64,000 nucleotides of DNA from a virus. The stretch is from the IMG/VR virus record IMGVR_UViG_3300045988_183078. The stretch is one strand, 5' to 3'. Shown piece by piece: positions 16,039-24,561 of the stretch. The notes beneath the pieces are model-generated. The model made no database searches. It was not told the DNA's origin and worked only from the letters and a program-made list of their open reading frames with translations. Numbering within the stretch: position 1 is the stretch's first letter; each line of letters starts with the position of its first letter. The position numbers were made by a program, and so were the translations under genes.

Positions 16039-16704
16039 TTATGTAAATATATTATTTTTGGAATCTGGTTTTGATAGTTTCCCATTTAGTCCTTTTTTGA
16101 GAAGCCTAAGCGAAATTTCAAGTGGGCTGATAATATCCTCGTAGATATATACACAGCGACGATGCGTAAAATCATTATTTTCACTGCAGACCATCATTAC
16201 AAAGTCTGGACTTTTGTTTTTGTTATATGCTTCGTCTTCACTAAAGCCGCAGCAAGTCCCTGTCATAGTGGTATCCATTTTGCAAAATGGGTGAATGTCT
16301 ACATACCATTCTGTTCCATTTCTTCCAAAATCACATTCGCTTCCGCGTCTTGTGTCGAATGGGTGTGCTGTTGTAATGCTCCTTAGCGTTCTGAAACGCG
16401 TGATTTTTAGCTTTTCATCCTCGCTAAAATATTCTGAGCAATTCTCCCCGATTGCAACATTAAATAAATATCTGATAGCGCATAAACACATACTTGTTTT
16501 CAGAATTAGAAGTAACACGTCATCCTGATTATATTTCTCTTTTCTTAACAGAACTTGTATATCTCCAAGATAATAAACCAACATTTGCTTGGCGGCATAT
16601 ATCTTGTTTTTTTCTTTTCCACTCTTGTTTGAAAGACTGATTATTTTATTAGCTGCCGTTTGAGTTAAATTCAGCTGTCTTAATGTTTTCTCATTTACGC
16701 TCAT
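16039..16704 (-). CDS. hypothetical protein (221 aa) in AT-rich island
   Basis: Low GC. No recognisable domain. Confidence 0.55.
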   Translation of the reverse strand: MSVNEKTLRQLNLTQTAANKIISLSNKSGKEKNKIYAAKQMLVYYLGDIQVLLRKEKYNQDDVLLLILKTSMCLCAIRYLFNVAIGENCSEYFSEDEKLKITRFRTLRSITTAHPFDTRRGSECDFGRNGTEWYVDIHPFCKMDTTMTGTCCGFSEDEAYNKNKSPDFVMMVCSENNDFTHRRCVYIYEDIISPLEISLRLLKKGLNGKLSKPDSKNNIFT

Positions 16705-16737
16705 TTTATATCTCTGCTTTGTATCTCTATATAAAGT

Positions 16738-18171
16738 TTAATAGAATTTGGCTGTTGTTGCAGCATTTTCTATCTCTTCTCGCAACTCCCTATTTATCTC
16801 CGCATTCCCCACCATATCTCTCAGCACTACAAACATCGCGCTCACAACAATGCCGGAGCCATGATAGCTCCAAACATGCTGGTACTTTTCATAGTCGCAA
16901 CAATTATGCAGCATCGTTGCTTGCCTAAACGCATCCGCTGCGTTAAGCGCCATCGCAATGGGCGCTCCAATGGCAAACTCGCCATCTGAAATCAATGCAA
17001 GCTTAGCAAACCAGATGTAAGAGCGGTACACATAGAGTATCTCGTCCAGTGACATGCCGCTCCAATCGGGGTTGGCATCGTTCCCTTGGATTGTAGTGAT
17101 GGTCTTCTTGAAGCCTTCTTTCGCTTGCTGGTACTTCCTGTAGGCCGCATCCAGGCAAGCGATTTGAAACATTGCCTTGTAAGAGGAATCATCCAGTTGC
17201 AGCACTTTCTGGAAGCATTGCAGCGCCCTCTCGCCGTCTGCATACATCTGCTTTTCGGACAGGCCGTATTGCAGGAATATCTCGGCCGTAAAAGGCATTG
17301 TCTCTTTGGAGGCGTACTCTATGGCATCACGCAGGTACGGCCGTGCATCAAGAGCAAGCTTGGGCTGTCCTTCGCACAACGCGGCAGCCAGGCGGTACAT
17401 AGGTACGAAGTCGGGGCCTGCGCGGTAGATTTTGTTCAGCTCCGAGAACAACTTCTCTACCGGCTCAAGCACCGAAAGTAGCCTCATTCTCAACGGAGAG
17501 TAAGTCTCCAACGCAGCCGTAAGCTCTCTTAGATGTCTCTGCGCGTTCACATAAGCGTACACAGAATAGATGCTCTGTGGCCCTACTCGACTTTGCTTTT
17601 CCAGCCCAATGAAGGAATCTGCCATCTCGTTAAGGAAGCTGTCTTCTGGTAGCTTGTAATCACTCTTTAGGCTGAGAGCCTTTAGTTCGCTCATTTTCAG
17701 AACCTGAAACGTACTCTTGATTTGCAAGTGCGCGAACATGTCAAACTGCCAGAAAGCGTCATTGATGTGCTGGAGACTCGCTATTGCCATCGCATCTTTT
17801 CGCCAAACGTGACGGATGATGTCATTGAGCGCTCCCTTCCCAAACTGCATTATGGAAAAACGGCCCTGTATAGCATCAGCACCATTGATAATCAGTTTTT
17901 GTTCCTTGATGCTGAAAGCGCACCACAATTCATTCTCAGCCGGTTCTGCATCACCAGGATAGCGGTCAGTGAGAAACAGATACGCTGTCTGTTTATTCTC
18001 AGGGTGCGCCAATGTCTTATGCTGCTTTGACATATCTACGGCCGACATCCTGGTTGTTTTGACCAGGCAGCCAACGAAGGAGAAGAATGTTCTCAAAACC
18101 TCTTGCTCTGTACCCACTTGTGGTTCATAGAAGATTTGGATTGCCGTGATGGGTTTCATTATGTTGGTCAT
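16738..18171 (-). CDS. large hypothetical protein (about 478 aa), possibly TPR-like helical C-terminal region
   Basis: Long ORF. Start uncertain (18171 or 18159; no clear SD). The ORF-track start at 18219 lies inside the upstream terminator hairpin. Confidence 0.5.
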   Translation of the reverse strand: MTNIMKPITAIQIFYEPQVGTEQEVLRTFFSFVGCLVKTTRMSAVDMSKQHKTLAHPENKQTAYLFLTDRYPGDAEPAENELWCAFSIKEQKLIINGADAIQGRFSIMQFGKGALNDIIRHVWRKDAMAIASLQHINDAFWQFDMFAHLQIKSTFQVLKMSELKALSLKSDYKLPEDSFLNEMADSFIGLEKQSRVGPQSIYSVYAYVNAQRHLRELTAALETYSPLRMRLLSVLEPVEKLFSELNKIYRAGPDFVPMYRLAAALCEGQPKLALDARPYLRDAIEYASKETMPFTAEIFLQYGLSEKQMYADGERALQCFQKVLQLDDSSYKAMFQIACLDAAYRKYQQAKEGFKKTITTIQGNDANPDWSGMSLDEILYVYRSYIWFAKLALISDGEFAIGAPIAMALNAADAFRQATMLHNCCDYEKYQHVWSYHGSGIVVSAMFVVLRDMVGNAEINRELREEIENAATTAKFY

Positions 18172-18184
18172 AATTAACTGGATA

Positions 18185-18230
18185 AAGCGCAAAACCGCAC
18201 ACATGCGTTTACGAATCACATGTGTGCGGT
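18185..18230 (-). terminator. intrinsic terminator: 12-bp perfect inverted repeat ACCGCACACATG/CATGTGTGCGGT plus TTTTGCGCTTT
   Basis: Seen on the minus strand downstream of 18237-18647. Confidence 0.6.
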
Positions 18231-18236
18231 ATAAGA

Positions 18237-18647
18237 TTATATCGTTTCTTTTTTCGGGTAGATGCCACTCGTAGTAGCAGTAAACAGTTTTTGGAAGATT
18301 GCTACAGCTACCAGGCAGAACCTCTCTGTTTTTGTTCTTCCTTCTACTTGCAGGCAGCCGCTTTCCTGAATTTGAAGCAGTGCCTTATAGATGGCTCCAT
18401 AGATGGTCTTTCGGAGGTCTGCATCTTCTTTGAGTACAGCCACGATGTCTTTCGATGCCCAGGTGCAAACGCACATGAGTTCTGAAAATTTTTCGTCTTC
18501 TCCTTCAAAGGCCAGCTTCCCGCCGGGTGCGAAAGCTGCAAGTGCCAGTTTGTAAAGGTCCACGTCATCTTTCGGCGTTTTGAGTTTGTCAGACTCTTTT
18601 GTGGCATCCCATACTTTAAGGATGCCGTCAGCATATTTTGCCGACAT
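18237..18647 (-). CDS. hypothetical protein (136 aa)
   Basis: ORF followed by a terminator. Confidence 0.5.
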   Translation of the reverse strand: MSAKYADGILKVWDATKESDKLKTPKDDVDLYKLALAAFAPGGKLAFEGEDEKFSELMCVCTWASKDIVAVLKEDADLRKTIYGAIYKALLQIQESGCLQVEGRTKTERFCLVAVAIFQKLFTATTSGIYPKKETI

Positions 18648-18737
18648 GAAAGCAAGTCTGGTTCGCGTAAAATCGTTTGCCTTTACACGCTGCTCAGTTT
18701 CGGGATTGTAACAGGTCGTACTATCTACAATGTACTG

Positions 18738-18854
18738 CTACTTCATCGTCGTCTCGATAGCTCGAACTGCAGGCATCAGACTTTTTGTATAGCTTTCAAG
18801 GGCTTGAAAGCCTTTATCCCCTTCGCTATTGCGATTCTTGTAATTGCACTTCAT
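18738..18854 (-). CDS. possible small basic protein (38 aa, MKCNYKNRNSEGDKGFQALESYTKSLMPAVRAIETTMK)
   Basis: Strong RBS AACGGAGGCATCT ATG. Not in the ORF track. Confidence 0.3.
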   Translation of the reverse strand: MKCNYKNRNSEGDKGFQALESYTKSLMPAVRAIETTMK

Positions 18855-18865
18855 AGATGCCTCCG

Positions 18866-19477
18866 TTACGCAATAGAATTAACCATATCCAACTCCATAC
18901 AGAAAACCACGAAGGCCAGGTTGGTGATTTTATCGGCATCCGTATCGAGATGCCCGACAAGTTCCTTGACCGCACCGCCGTCCTTGAGGCTCTTGGCCGC
19001 CTGGTAGACGAGCATGTAGGTGTTGATGTAGATGGCCTGCTGCATCACGCGGTCCTTGGTAATGTGCTCCGGCATGCAATCCACGGAAAGTGACTTGATG
19101 AGCGGATACCAACAGGAAAGGTACAAAGCACCATCCTCATCGTTCATCGCCTGCTGAATCTTGACCTGATACTTCGGGTAGTTGCCATTCACGACCTCAA
19201 TGAACTCGGTATCTTTGAACTCATCGCGGTGGCAGTGAAGCCACAGGATAGCGTTGGCAAGGTCCATGCAGATAAGCGCCAACTTTTCGGCTTTGGAATC
19301 ATCCAGCTGAACCGTATCGAAGCTGTCAGCATCGATGTCATACTGCTTGTAAATGTTCACCAGCTTGTAGCTGTTCTCCCCTGCGCGTACCTTCTTCTTG
19401 ATGAAGTCGGTAAAGTCGTGCGCCAAGGCCTCATAGGCTTTCTGCTGCTCTTCGGCAATCGTATTCTGTTCGCTCAT
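18866..19477 (-). CDS. paralog-family B protein (B1, 203 aa), unknown function
   Basis: AAAGGAGAA RBS at MSEQNTIAEE. Homologous to 20705-21316 (YKLVN.Y...D.....A...CDLA.A.LWL...RD.F.D.E...DCMP...KSLK.GG...DADKI.NLAF). Confidence 0.6.
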   Translation of the reverse strand: MSEQNTIAEEQQKAYEALAHDFTDFIKKKVRAGENSYKLVNIYKQYDIDADSFDTVQLDDSKAEKLALICMDLANAILWLHCHRDEFKDTEFIEVVNGNYPKYQVKIQQAMNDEDGALYLSCWYPLIKSLSVDCMPEHITKDRVMQQAIYINTYMLVYQAAKSLKDGGAVKELVGHLDTDADKITNLAFVVFCMELDMVNSIA

Positions 19478-19491
19478 GTTGAGTTCTCCTT

Positions 19492-19935
19492 TTATCTTAA
19501 TTTGGTCCTGATTTCTTCGAGCATCATGCCCAGTTTGTTCTGACCGTGAACGCCCTTGCATCTGGGACACTGGCAGTCGCCCCAATAGTTATCGTGCCAG
19601 CCTGTCGTGTCCTCAATAATGTGCCGGTCGCCTGTAGCGAGCAGTCGCTGTTTGAACTCTTCGTTCTGGTTGAACTTGGCATACAGCACCCGGCGCATCG
19701 CTTCGTCTCGAACTTTGTCCCAATCTGGAGAAAGTTGGACCCGGCGGCCGAGTCGCTTAGCCTCGTTCGGCATGAGGCAGGCAAACTGGCGTCTCTCCTC
19801 CAGCGGGACCTTCTGGGCCTGGAACGCTGCCTCCGCGTTGAGGTAGTAGATTCCATCCAGCACAAAGGAGCAAGGATAATAATTGCTCAGAAACCCGTAG
19901 GTCGGGTCGTCTTTCTTAAACCGCAGCAGATTCAA
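19492..19935 (-). CDS. NADAR (YbiA-like, DUF1768) domain protein; predicted ADP-ribosyl/N-glycosidic hydrolase
   Basis: GFLSNYYP, AEAAFQAQKV, MRRVLYAKFNQ and HDNYWGDCQCPRC match the YbiA/NADAR motifs (FSNF, EHYFQAQKF, MRKALRAKFEQ, D..WG.G). Confidence 0.8.
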   Translation of the reverse strand: MNLLRFKKDDPTYGFLSNYYPCSFVLDGIYYLNAEAAFQAQKVPLEERRQFACLMPNEAKRLGRRVQLSPDWDKVRDEAMRRVLYAKFNQNEEFKQRLLATGDRHIIEDTTGWHDNYWGDCQCPRCKGVHGQNKLGMMLEEIRTKLR

Positions 19936-20578
19936 TGTGCATTCCCTCCATGACCCCGGCGGGCGTATCTTTGAGAACCTTGTATCGCATCGTCGTAACG
20001 CCCAGCAGACCGTTGAAGATGGTCACAGCGGTATGCGTGAACAGAGGGTTCTGCAAGGTCATCTTGCCGTTTGTATCCCACTGGCCTTTGAGTTCAGCGG
20101 CCGCATCGTACACAACCATCATCATGGCTTCATACATGTCGGACATCAGCTGTCGGTCGTACTTCTTCAAAGCATAGTAGCTTGGCAGGTTGTAAACGCG
20201 GCCGAGGAGCGGCTCGTCATACAAGGGCGAACCTTTCGCAACCATCGTATTGTAGACTTTGGGCCAGGCAGCTTCTTTCGGCTTGCCGGTGGTTGCCTGC
20301 ATCTCGATGTTCTTGAAACCAGCCGTCATGTTGTACAGCACCATGAGCCGCTCGGCAAGCAAGACGGAAGATTCAGCCAGGTGCTTTGCTTCCTCATTGG
20401 TCATCGCAACCTGCATGGCCGTGCTGTCCGAGTCGTTGCCATAATAGAAATACTGCTTGCGCCCGGCGGCAGCTTTCTGTACGAGCTTCTTTGCCAGCTG
20501 GCTTTCGATGTAATTGTAGATGTCGTTTTCCAACTCACAGGTGATGTGCGTTGCGGTATAATGGATATTTTTGTTCAT
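19916..20578 (-). CDS. paralog-family A protein (A2, 220 aa); 3' end overlaps the NADAR gene start by 20 nt
   Basis: Homology to A1 (see 12954-13553). N-terminus NIHYTATHITCELENDIY. Confidence 0.6.
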   Translation of the reverse strand: MNKNIHYTATHITCELENDIYNYIESQLAKKLVQKAAAGRKQYFYYGNDSDSTAMQVAMTNEEAKHLAESSVLLAERLMVLYNMTAGFKNIEMQATTGKPKEAAWPKVYNTMVAKGSPLYDEPLLGRVYNLPSYYALKKYDRQLMSDMYEAMMMVVYDAAAELKGQWDTNGKMTLQNPLFTHTAVTIFNGLLGVTTMRYKVLKDTPAGVMEGMHIESAAV

Positions 20579-20599
20579 TGGTTTACCTCTTTGTGTATA

Positions 20600-20630
20600 A
20601 TAAAAAGAAAGAGCGGTCGAGCCGCTCTCC
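20600..20630 (-). terminator. leader hairpin GAGAGCGG...CCGCTCT plus T-run between P6 and A2
   Basis: Minus strand: GAGGAGAGCGGCTCGACCGCTCTTTCTTTTTATT. Confidence 0.5.
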
Positions 20631-20659
20631 TCAAAACACTTATTTAGCTTACAATTTTC

Positions 20660-20687
20660 ATTCTATGCAATTCGCACAGACACGCAA
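20660..20687 (-). promoter_or_regulatory. promoter P6 (TTGCGT-16-TAGAAT), spacer gtctGTGCGAATTGCA
   Basis: Minus-strand reading. Confidence 0.6.
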
Positions 20688-20704
20688 GGCAAAATGGCGA
20701 CGCC

Positions 20705-21316
20705 TCACGGATTCATCTCGTAGGCAATCAGTGCATCGTTGAAATACTTGAAAGCAAGATTTCCGATTTTATCTGCGTCTTTCGGCAGCTTGTCCACCAT
20801 GCGTTTGATGGAACCACCTGTCTTGAGAGACTTCATTGCCAGGTGAACATTCCAGTACATGTTGGTGTATACCAGTTGCCACTTCTTCTTGTCGTCAACA
20901 TAGGCATCCGGCATACAGTCTTCTGCCACAAGGCGAATAAGCATGTCCCACGCATCCAGGTAGAGAGGACTTGTATCATCGTTCAGCTTATGGATGATTT
21001 GCTTCAGATAGGAAGTGTAGTCTTCCCCACTGATGTCAACAAGCTCGATGTCTGCGAACTTGTCGCGGAAGTAATACAGCCAAAGCGTTGCTTTCGCAAG
21101 GTCACAGCTGGCCGCAGCAAGCAGCTGAGCTTTCTGGTCCTGCAAAGTCACAATCTTGGCATCAGGGTCATCCAAGCCCTTCTCACCATAGAGATTGACC
21201 AGCTTGTACTGGTCTTTGCCGACTCTATCCTCTCTGCGAATAAACTCTTTGAAGTCTTCCACGAAGGCAATGTATGCCTGGACTTGCGGGTCGTTTTTCG
21301 GGTTGAAATCACTCAT
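20705..21316 (-). CDS. paralog-family B protein (B2, 203 aa)
   Basis: AAAAGGAGATGCGTAT ATG RBS. Homologous to B1. Confidence 0.6.
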   Translation of the reverse strand: MSDFNPKNDPQVQAYIAFVEDFKEFIRREDRVGKDQYKLVNLYGEKGLDDPDAKIVTLQDQKAQLLAAASCDLAKATLWLYYFRDKFADIELVDISGEDYTSYLKQIIHKLNDDTSPLYLDAWDMLIRLVAEDCMPDAYVDDKKKWQLVYTNMYWNVHLAMKSLKTGGSIKRMVDKLPKDADKIGNLAFKYFNDALIAYEMNP

Positions 21317-21356
21317 ATACGCATCTCCTTTTCATCTCTTTATCAGTTTACCTACA

Positions 21357-21384
21357 ATGATACTCGATTCGCACGGATGAACAA
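21357..21384 (-). promoter_or_regulatory. promoter P7 (TTGTTC-16-TATCAT), spacer atccGTGCGAATCGAG
   Basis: Minus-strand reading. Confidence 0.5.
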
Positions 21385-21513
21385 GGAACCTTACGACATG
21401 TACATGGTTTCTTTAGAAATTGTTATCACGCTTTTAATAAATAGCGTCAAATCTCGCATTTTTGTGTTTTATGTGCTATAATGCAAACAGAAAAGAAGGA
21501 TGAGGTGTTCCCT

Positions 21514-21948
21514 ATGACACAAACCGATACTAAGACCCGTATCACTGGTTTTGGCTTTTACCTGGATGAAATTGAAAAGATTATATTTTATATTTTCCTT
21601 GAGAATCATCGCCAGGCCATAGACGCTATGATTGCATCTGGCACTGTTCGTGCGTTTCTTGACCGTGTATGTCTCGATAACTACCACATCAACTATGATG
21701 AAGCAGATAGGCTCTTGGCTGATGACGAGGATTGTGCCTTGATGGGCGAATGTCTTACTGCCATCCTTAATTATGAGTTTGGAGAAGAGCTACTCTCTTG
21801 CCACTGTAGCGGTTCGACCGCCATGAACCGTCCGTGCCTTATACTTTCATCTGAAAAAAGCCATGATGTGTCGGCTTCGGCGTATGTGCAGAAAGCGACG
21901 AAGGAACTGCTCGTAGATTTTGAGCATGTGTGCCACCATGCCCTGTAA
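21514..21948 (+). CDS. hypothetical protein (144 aa), only plus-strand gene in this block
   Basis: GAGGTG RBS 7 nt upstream of ATG. Ends at the bidirectional terminator. Confidence 0.5.
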   Translation: MTQTDTKTRITGFGFYLDEIEKIIFYIFLENHRQAIDAMIASGTVRAFLDRVCLDNYHINYDEADRLLADDEDCALMGECLTAILNYEFGEELLSCHCSGSTAMNRPCLILSSEKSHDVSASAYVQKATKELLVDFEHVCHHAL

Positions 21949-21949
21949 G

Positions 21950-22002
21950 ACAAAAAGAAGGCTGCCACCCCGGAGTTCGAGGTGACAGCCTATTTTATTT
22001 GG
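21950..22002. terminator. bidirectional intrinsic terminator (GGCTGCCACC...GGTGACAGCC flanked by T/A-runs on both sides)
   Basis: Between convergent genes 21514-21948(+) and 21995-22192(-). Confidence 0.6.
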
Positions 22003-22192
22003 CACGGCCGTTATAAAGTGCCGCAACCATATCCAGCGCTTCTTCCGGCGACTTACATTTGTAGCTGATGACGGTCCCGTTACCCACAAGCGTCGAGCCG
22101 CAGCGCCAGAAGGCTTTGCCATCGGAGGTATAGATTGTGTTGCCATTAGATACTCGAAGCGTTACTCCGCTATTGGTTCTGATTTCATCCAT
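21995..22192 (-). CDS. small protein (66 aa), paralog of 22185-22385
   Basis: GGAAGGAGACAATCA ATG RBS. Similar to the neighbour (G..LR..NGT.I..S.....W..G..L / A...V.A.Y.G). Confidence 0.55.
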   Translation of the reverse strand: MDEIRTNSGVTLRVSNGNTIYTSDGKAFWRCGSTLVGNGTVISYKCKSPEEALDMVAALYNGRAK

Positions 22193-22385
22193 TGATTGTC
22201 TCCTTCCTGCCACCATACTTTGCAAGTACGATTGCAACTGCGTCTTTCATTGTTTTGGCTTCTCCTTCGATTTCGCCATCACTCCGAATTAGTCGGCCGT
22301 TAATGAACCAGTAGGATACATTGTTGGAAGCAAAGATGACTGTGCCATTGATGCGAAGGTTGATGCCTGATTTTGTCTCAATCAT
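22185..22385 (-). CDS. small protein (66 aa), paralog of 21995-22192
   Basis: GGAGGTGAACCAGGT ATG RBS. ATGA overlap with the upstream gene. Confidence 0.55.
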   Translation of the reverse strand: MIETKSGINLRINGTVIFASNNVSYWFINGRLIRSDGEIEGEAKTMKDAVAIVLAKYGGRKETING

Positions 22386-23272
22386 ACCTGGTTCACCTCC
22401 AAACATTCATTGCAGACGGTGCGGTAATAATCCGCCGTAGGCTTCTCGCCTTTAGGAAGCGGCATGATGGGCATAACATGAAGGCTCACACCCTCCGTTG
22501 GTGAGCGGCCGCAGAGAGTGCAGCGGAACCCATCACGCTGCAGGACTGAGTAACGGAGTTCGGCAGATGCGGCTTTGCGAGCTGCTGCTCGTTTTTCCTT
22601 CTCTGCCTCATGTTCCTTTGCAAGCCTCACAAACTCTTTAGCCTCTGCCATAGAATATGTACGGGTCTCAGCGAGTGATTTTCCCCTTGCGGGAATATAC
22701 TGCTTGACCACATGGAAGACAGGCTGTGTGACAGGTGTGCCATACACCGCATCGTTCACGAGCTTCTGTTCCCACTTGTGATAGAGGCGGAACGGCACCC
22801 GGCGGCCGCAATCGTCATCTTTCTCCGTCCAGTTGGGCAGGCCTTCGAGTTCTTTTTTGTACATTCCAAACTGGATATTATTGCTATTGGCCCAGCCGAA
22901 GACCTCCTCAAATGTCGGAATTTTCTTCTGGACGGTGCTCATAAAGAGCCGGTCAAAAGAAGCATTTTCATAAGCTTCCTTCGTATCCTGAGGATACTGC
23001 AGCGTGATTTCCGCATCGACATCATAGAACACGTAGCCCTGATTGATTTCCAGCAGCCCTTCGAGGATATTGCTTGTCTGCTCCACATTCTTCTTGGCTT
23101 GACGCGTGATAAAAAACCAGATGAGTCCGACAATAACCAGCAAGCCTACTGCCATCAGCACAATATCCAATGACGTTATCATTGCCATTTGGTCTTCAAG
23201 CCAGAACGAGAACTCATCGGGCAGGTCAATCAGCCAGTCGTAAAAGTCAATCGGCTTTCCGTAGTTGTACAT
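22382..23272 (-). CDS. membrane-anchored HNH-like protein with degenerate HNH motif (catalytic His lost: LHVMPIMP instead of LHVDHILP)
   Basis: TM helix (residues about 30-55). C-terminus LRYSVLQRDGFRCTLCGRSPTEGVSLHVMPIMPLPKGEKP...CNEC aligns with the paralog at 23286-24122. Confidence 0.6.
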   Translation of the reverse strand: MYNYGKPIDFYDWLIDLPDEFSFWLEDQMAMITSLDIVLMAVGLLVIVGLIWFFITRQAKKNVEQTSNILEGLLEINQGYVFYDVDAEITLQYPQDTKEAYENASFDRLFMSTVQKKIPTFEEVFGWANSNNIQFGMYKKELEGLPNWTEKDDDCGRRVPFRLYHKWEQKLVNDAVYGTPVTQPVFHVVKQYIPARGKSLAETRTYSMAEAKEFVRLAKEHEAEKEKRAAARKAASAELRYSVLQRDGFRCTLCGRSPTEGVSLHVMPIMPLPKGEKPTADYYRTVCNECLEVNQV

Positions 23273-23285
23273 AAAAATGCCTCTT

Positions 23286-24122
23286 TCAATTCAGACCGTT
23301 TTCATCGTACTTGTTGCTCTTTCCAAGCTTACAGATGCTGCAAAGGGTCCGCAGGTTGGACGGCACAGTCTTTCCGCCTTTAGATACAGGTAAGATGTGG
23401 TCAACATGTAACGTGATGCCATCTTTCGGAGTGCGGCCGCAAAGCACACACTTAAAGCCATCGCGCTTCATAATGTCATATCGCAAGGACGGTGTCATGG
23501 CTTTCCGCTGGTATTCCTTGCTTTCCTTTTCTTTATCCTTCTGATAGGACTCGTTTATAAGAGTCTCAATCTCACTCGCGGTATAAACCTGGCTGTCCCC
23601 ATAGTTTCGACGCCCCTGCGGTGAAGTATAGGTTTTGGCACAGCGCAGGAGCAGTTCCGTTGTGGGAGTCGGACAGTTGCGTTCTTCTTTCTTGACTTCA
23701 TCGCGTTCGAGTCTCGCATACATCTTTGAGCGCCATGTAGGCTCATAATCTTCTGTCTCGTCGAAGTACGGAGGCAAATCATCAAAATCATGGAGGTATT
23801 GGTTCATCAAGTTGGCATTTTCTCTTGTGAGCTGCAACAGCGTTTCAAATTCTTCTCGTTCCTTACTGACTTGCATAAAGACGTTCTTCTCGAAGTTAAA
23901 ATGGTCATATTTCGGCTTTGTATCAAGTTGCCATCTGCGAGTTACCATCTCCGGAACATCGTAGAAGGTATATTTTCCGTTCAGCTCAATCAGTGCATGA
24001 AGCCGCGTACTGGTAGTAAGGACCAGCTGCTGCATCTTGTTTTCATAAACCAAGTACCAGATGAATCCAAGAAGGAATACGATAGAAACTGTGAGCAGCA
24101 AAAGAAACATTGGGAAAGTCAT
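23286..24122 (-). CDS. membrane-anchored HNH endonuclease
   Basis: N-terminal TM helix. C-terminal canonical HNH: RDGFKCVLCGRTPKDGITLHVDHILPVSKGGKTVPSNLRTLCSICKLGKS. AAAGGA RBS at MTFPMF. The track start at 24209 is judged upstream extension. Confidence 0.7.
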   Translation of the reverse strand: MTFPMFLLLLTVSIVFLLGFIWYLVYENKMQQLVLTTSTRLHALIELNGKYTFYDVPEMVTRRWQLDTKPKYDHFNFEKNVFMQVSKEREEFETLLQLTRENANLMNQYLHDFDDLPPYFDETEDYEPTWRSKMYARLERDEVKKEERNCPTPTTELLLRCAKTYTSPQGRRNYGDSQVYTASEIETLINESYQKDKEKESKEYQRKAMTPSLRYDIMKRDGFKCVLCGRTPKDGITLHVDHILPVSKGGKTVPSNLRTLCSICKLGKSNKYDENGLN

Positions 24123-24384
24123 GGGTGAAAGTCCTTTATACAAATATAGATAGAATTCGATATACGATACCAACGGCAACAAGCATAAGCACCGGAATCC
24201 AGATGCCAAGTGTCAGAGGCTGGTCTTCTCTACAGCAGAATCCTTTCTTCGGGTTGCCGCTCGGAAAATAGAACATCCTGGCTTCCGGGTAATCATCTTG
24301 CTTACGGTGCTTTTTGTAGATTCTGCCTTCAAACTCGAATTGATATACGACAGAATAGTTGTAGTTTTTATAGGCGGGTTCACT

Positions 24385-24561
24385 TTAGTCATACGGCAAG
24401 TTCCGGATTTTGACAGGCATAGCCATAGCACAGTAACCTTTATCTTTTGCTGCCTGAACCTGCTCTTCGTATGTGTTGAACCAGTGAGGATGCTTGGCTA
24501 CCGGTATGCCGATACAGATGATGACAATGAATGTTGAGATGGCAAACAGAGCAATGTTCAC
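24385..24561 (-). CDS. small membrane protein (about 58 aa)
   Basis: Hydrophobic ORF. GGGAGGG RBS upstream of a GTG/TTG start. Overlaps the end of the ATPase gene. Confidence 0.4.
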   Translation of the reverse strand: MNIALFAISTFIVIICIGIPVAKHPHWFNTYEEQVQAAKDKGYCAMAMPVKIRNLPYD

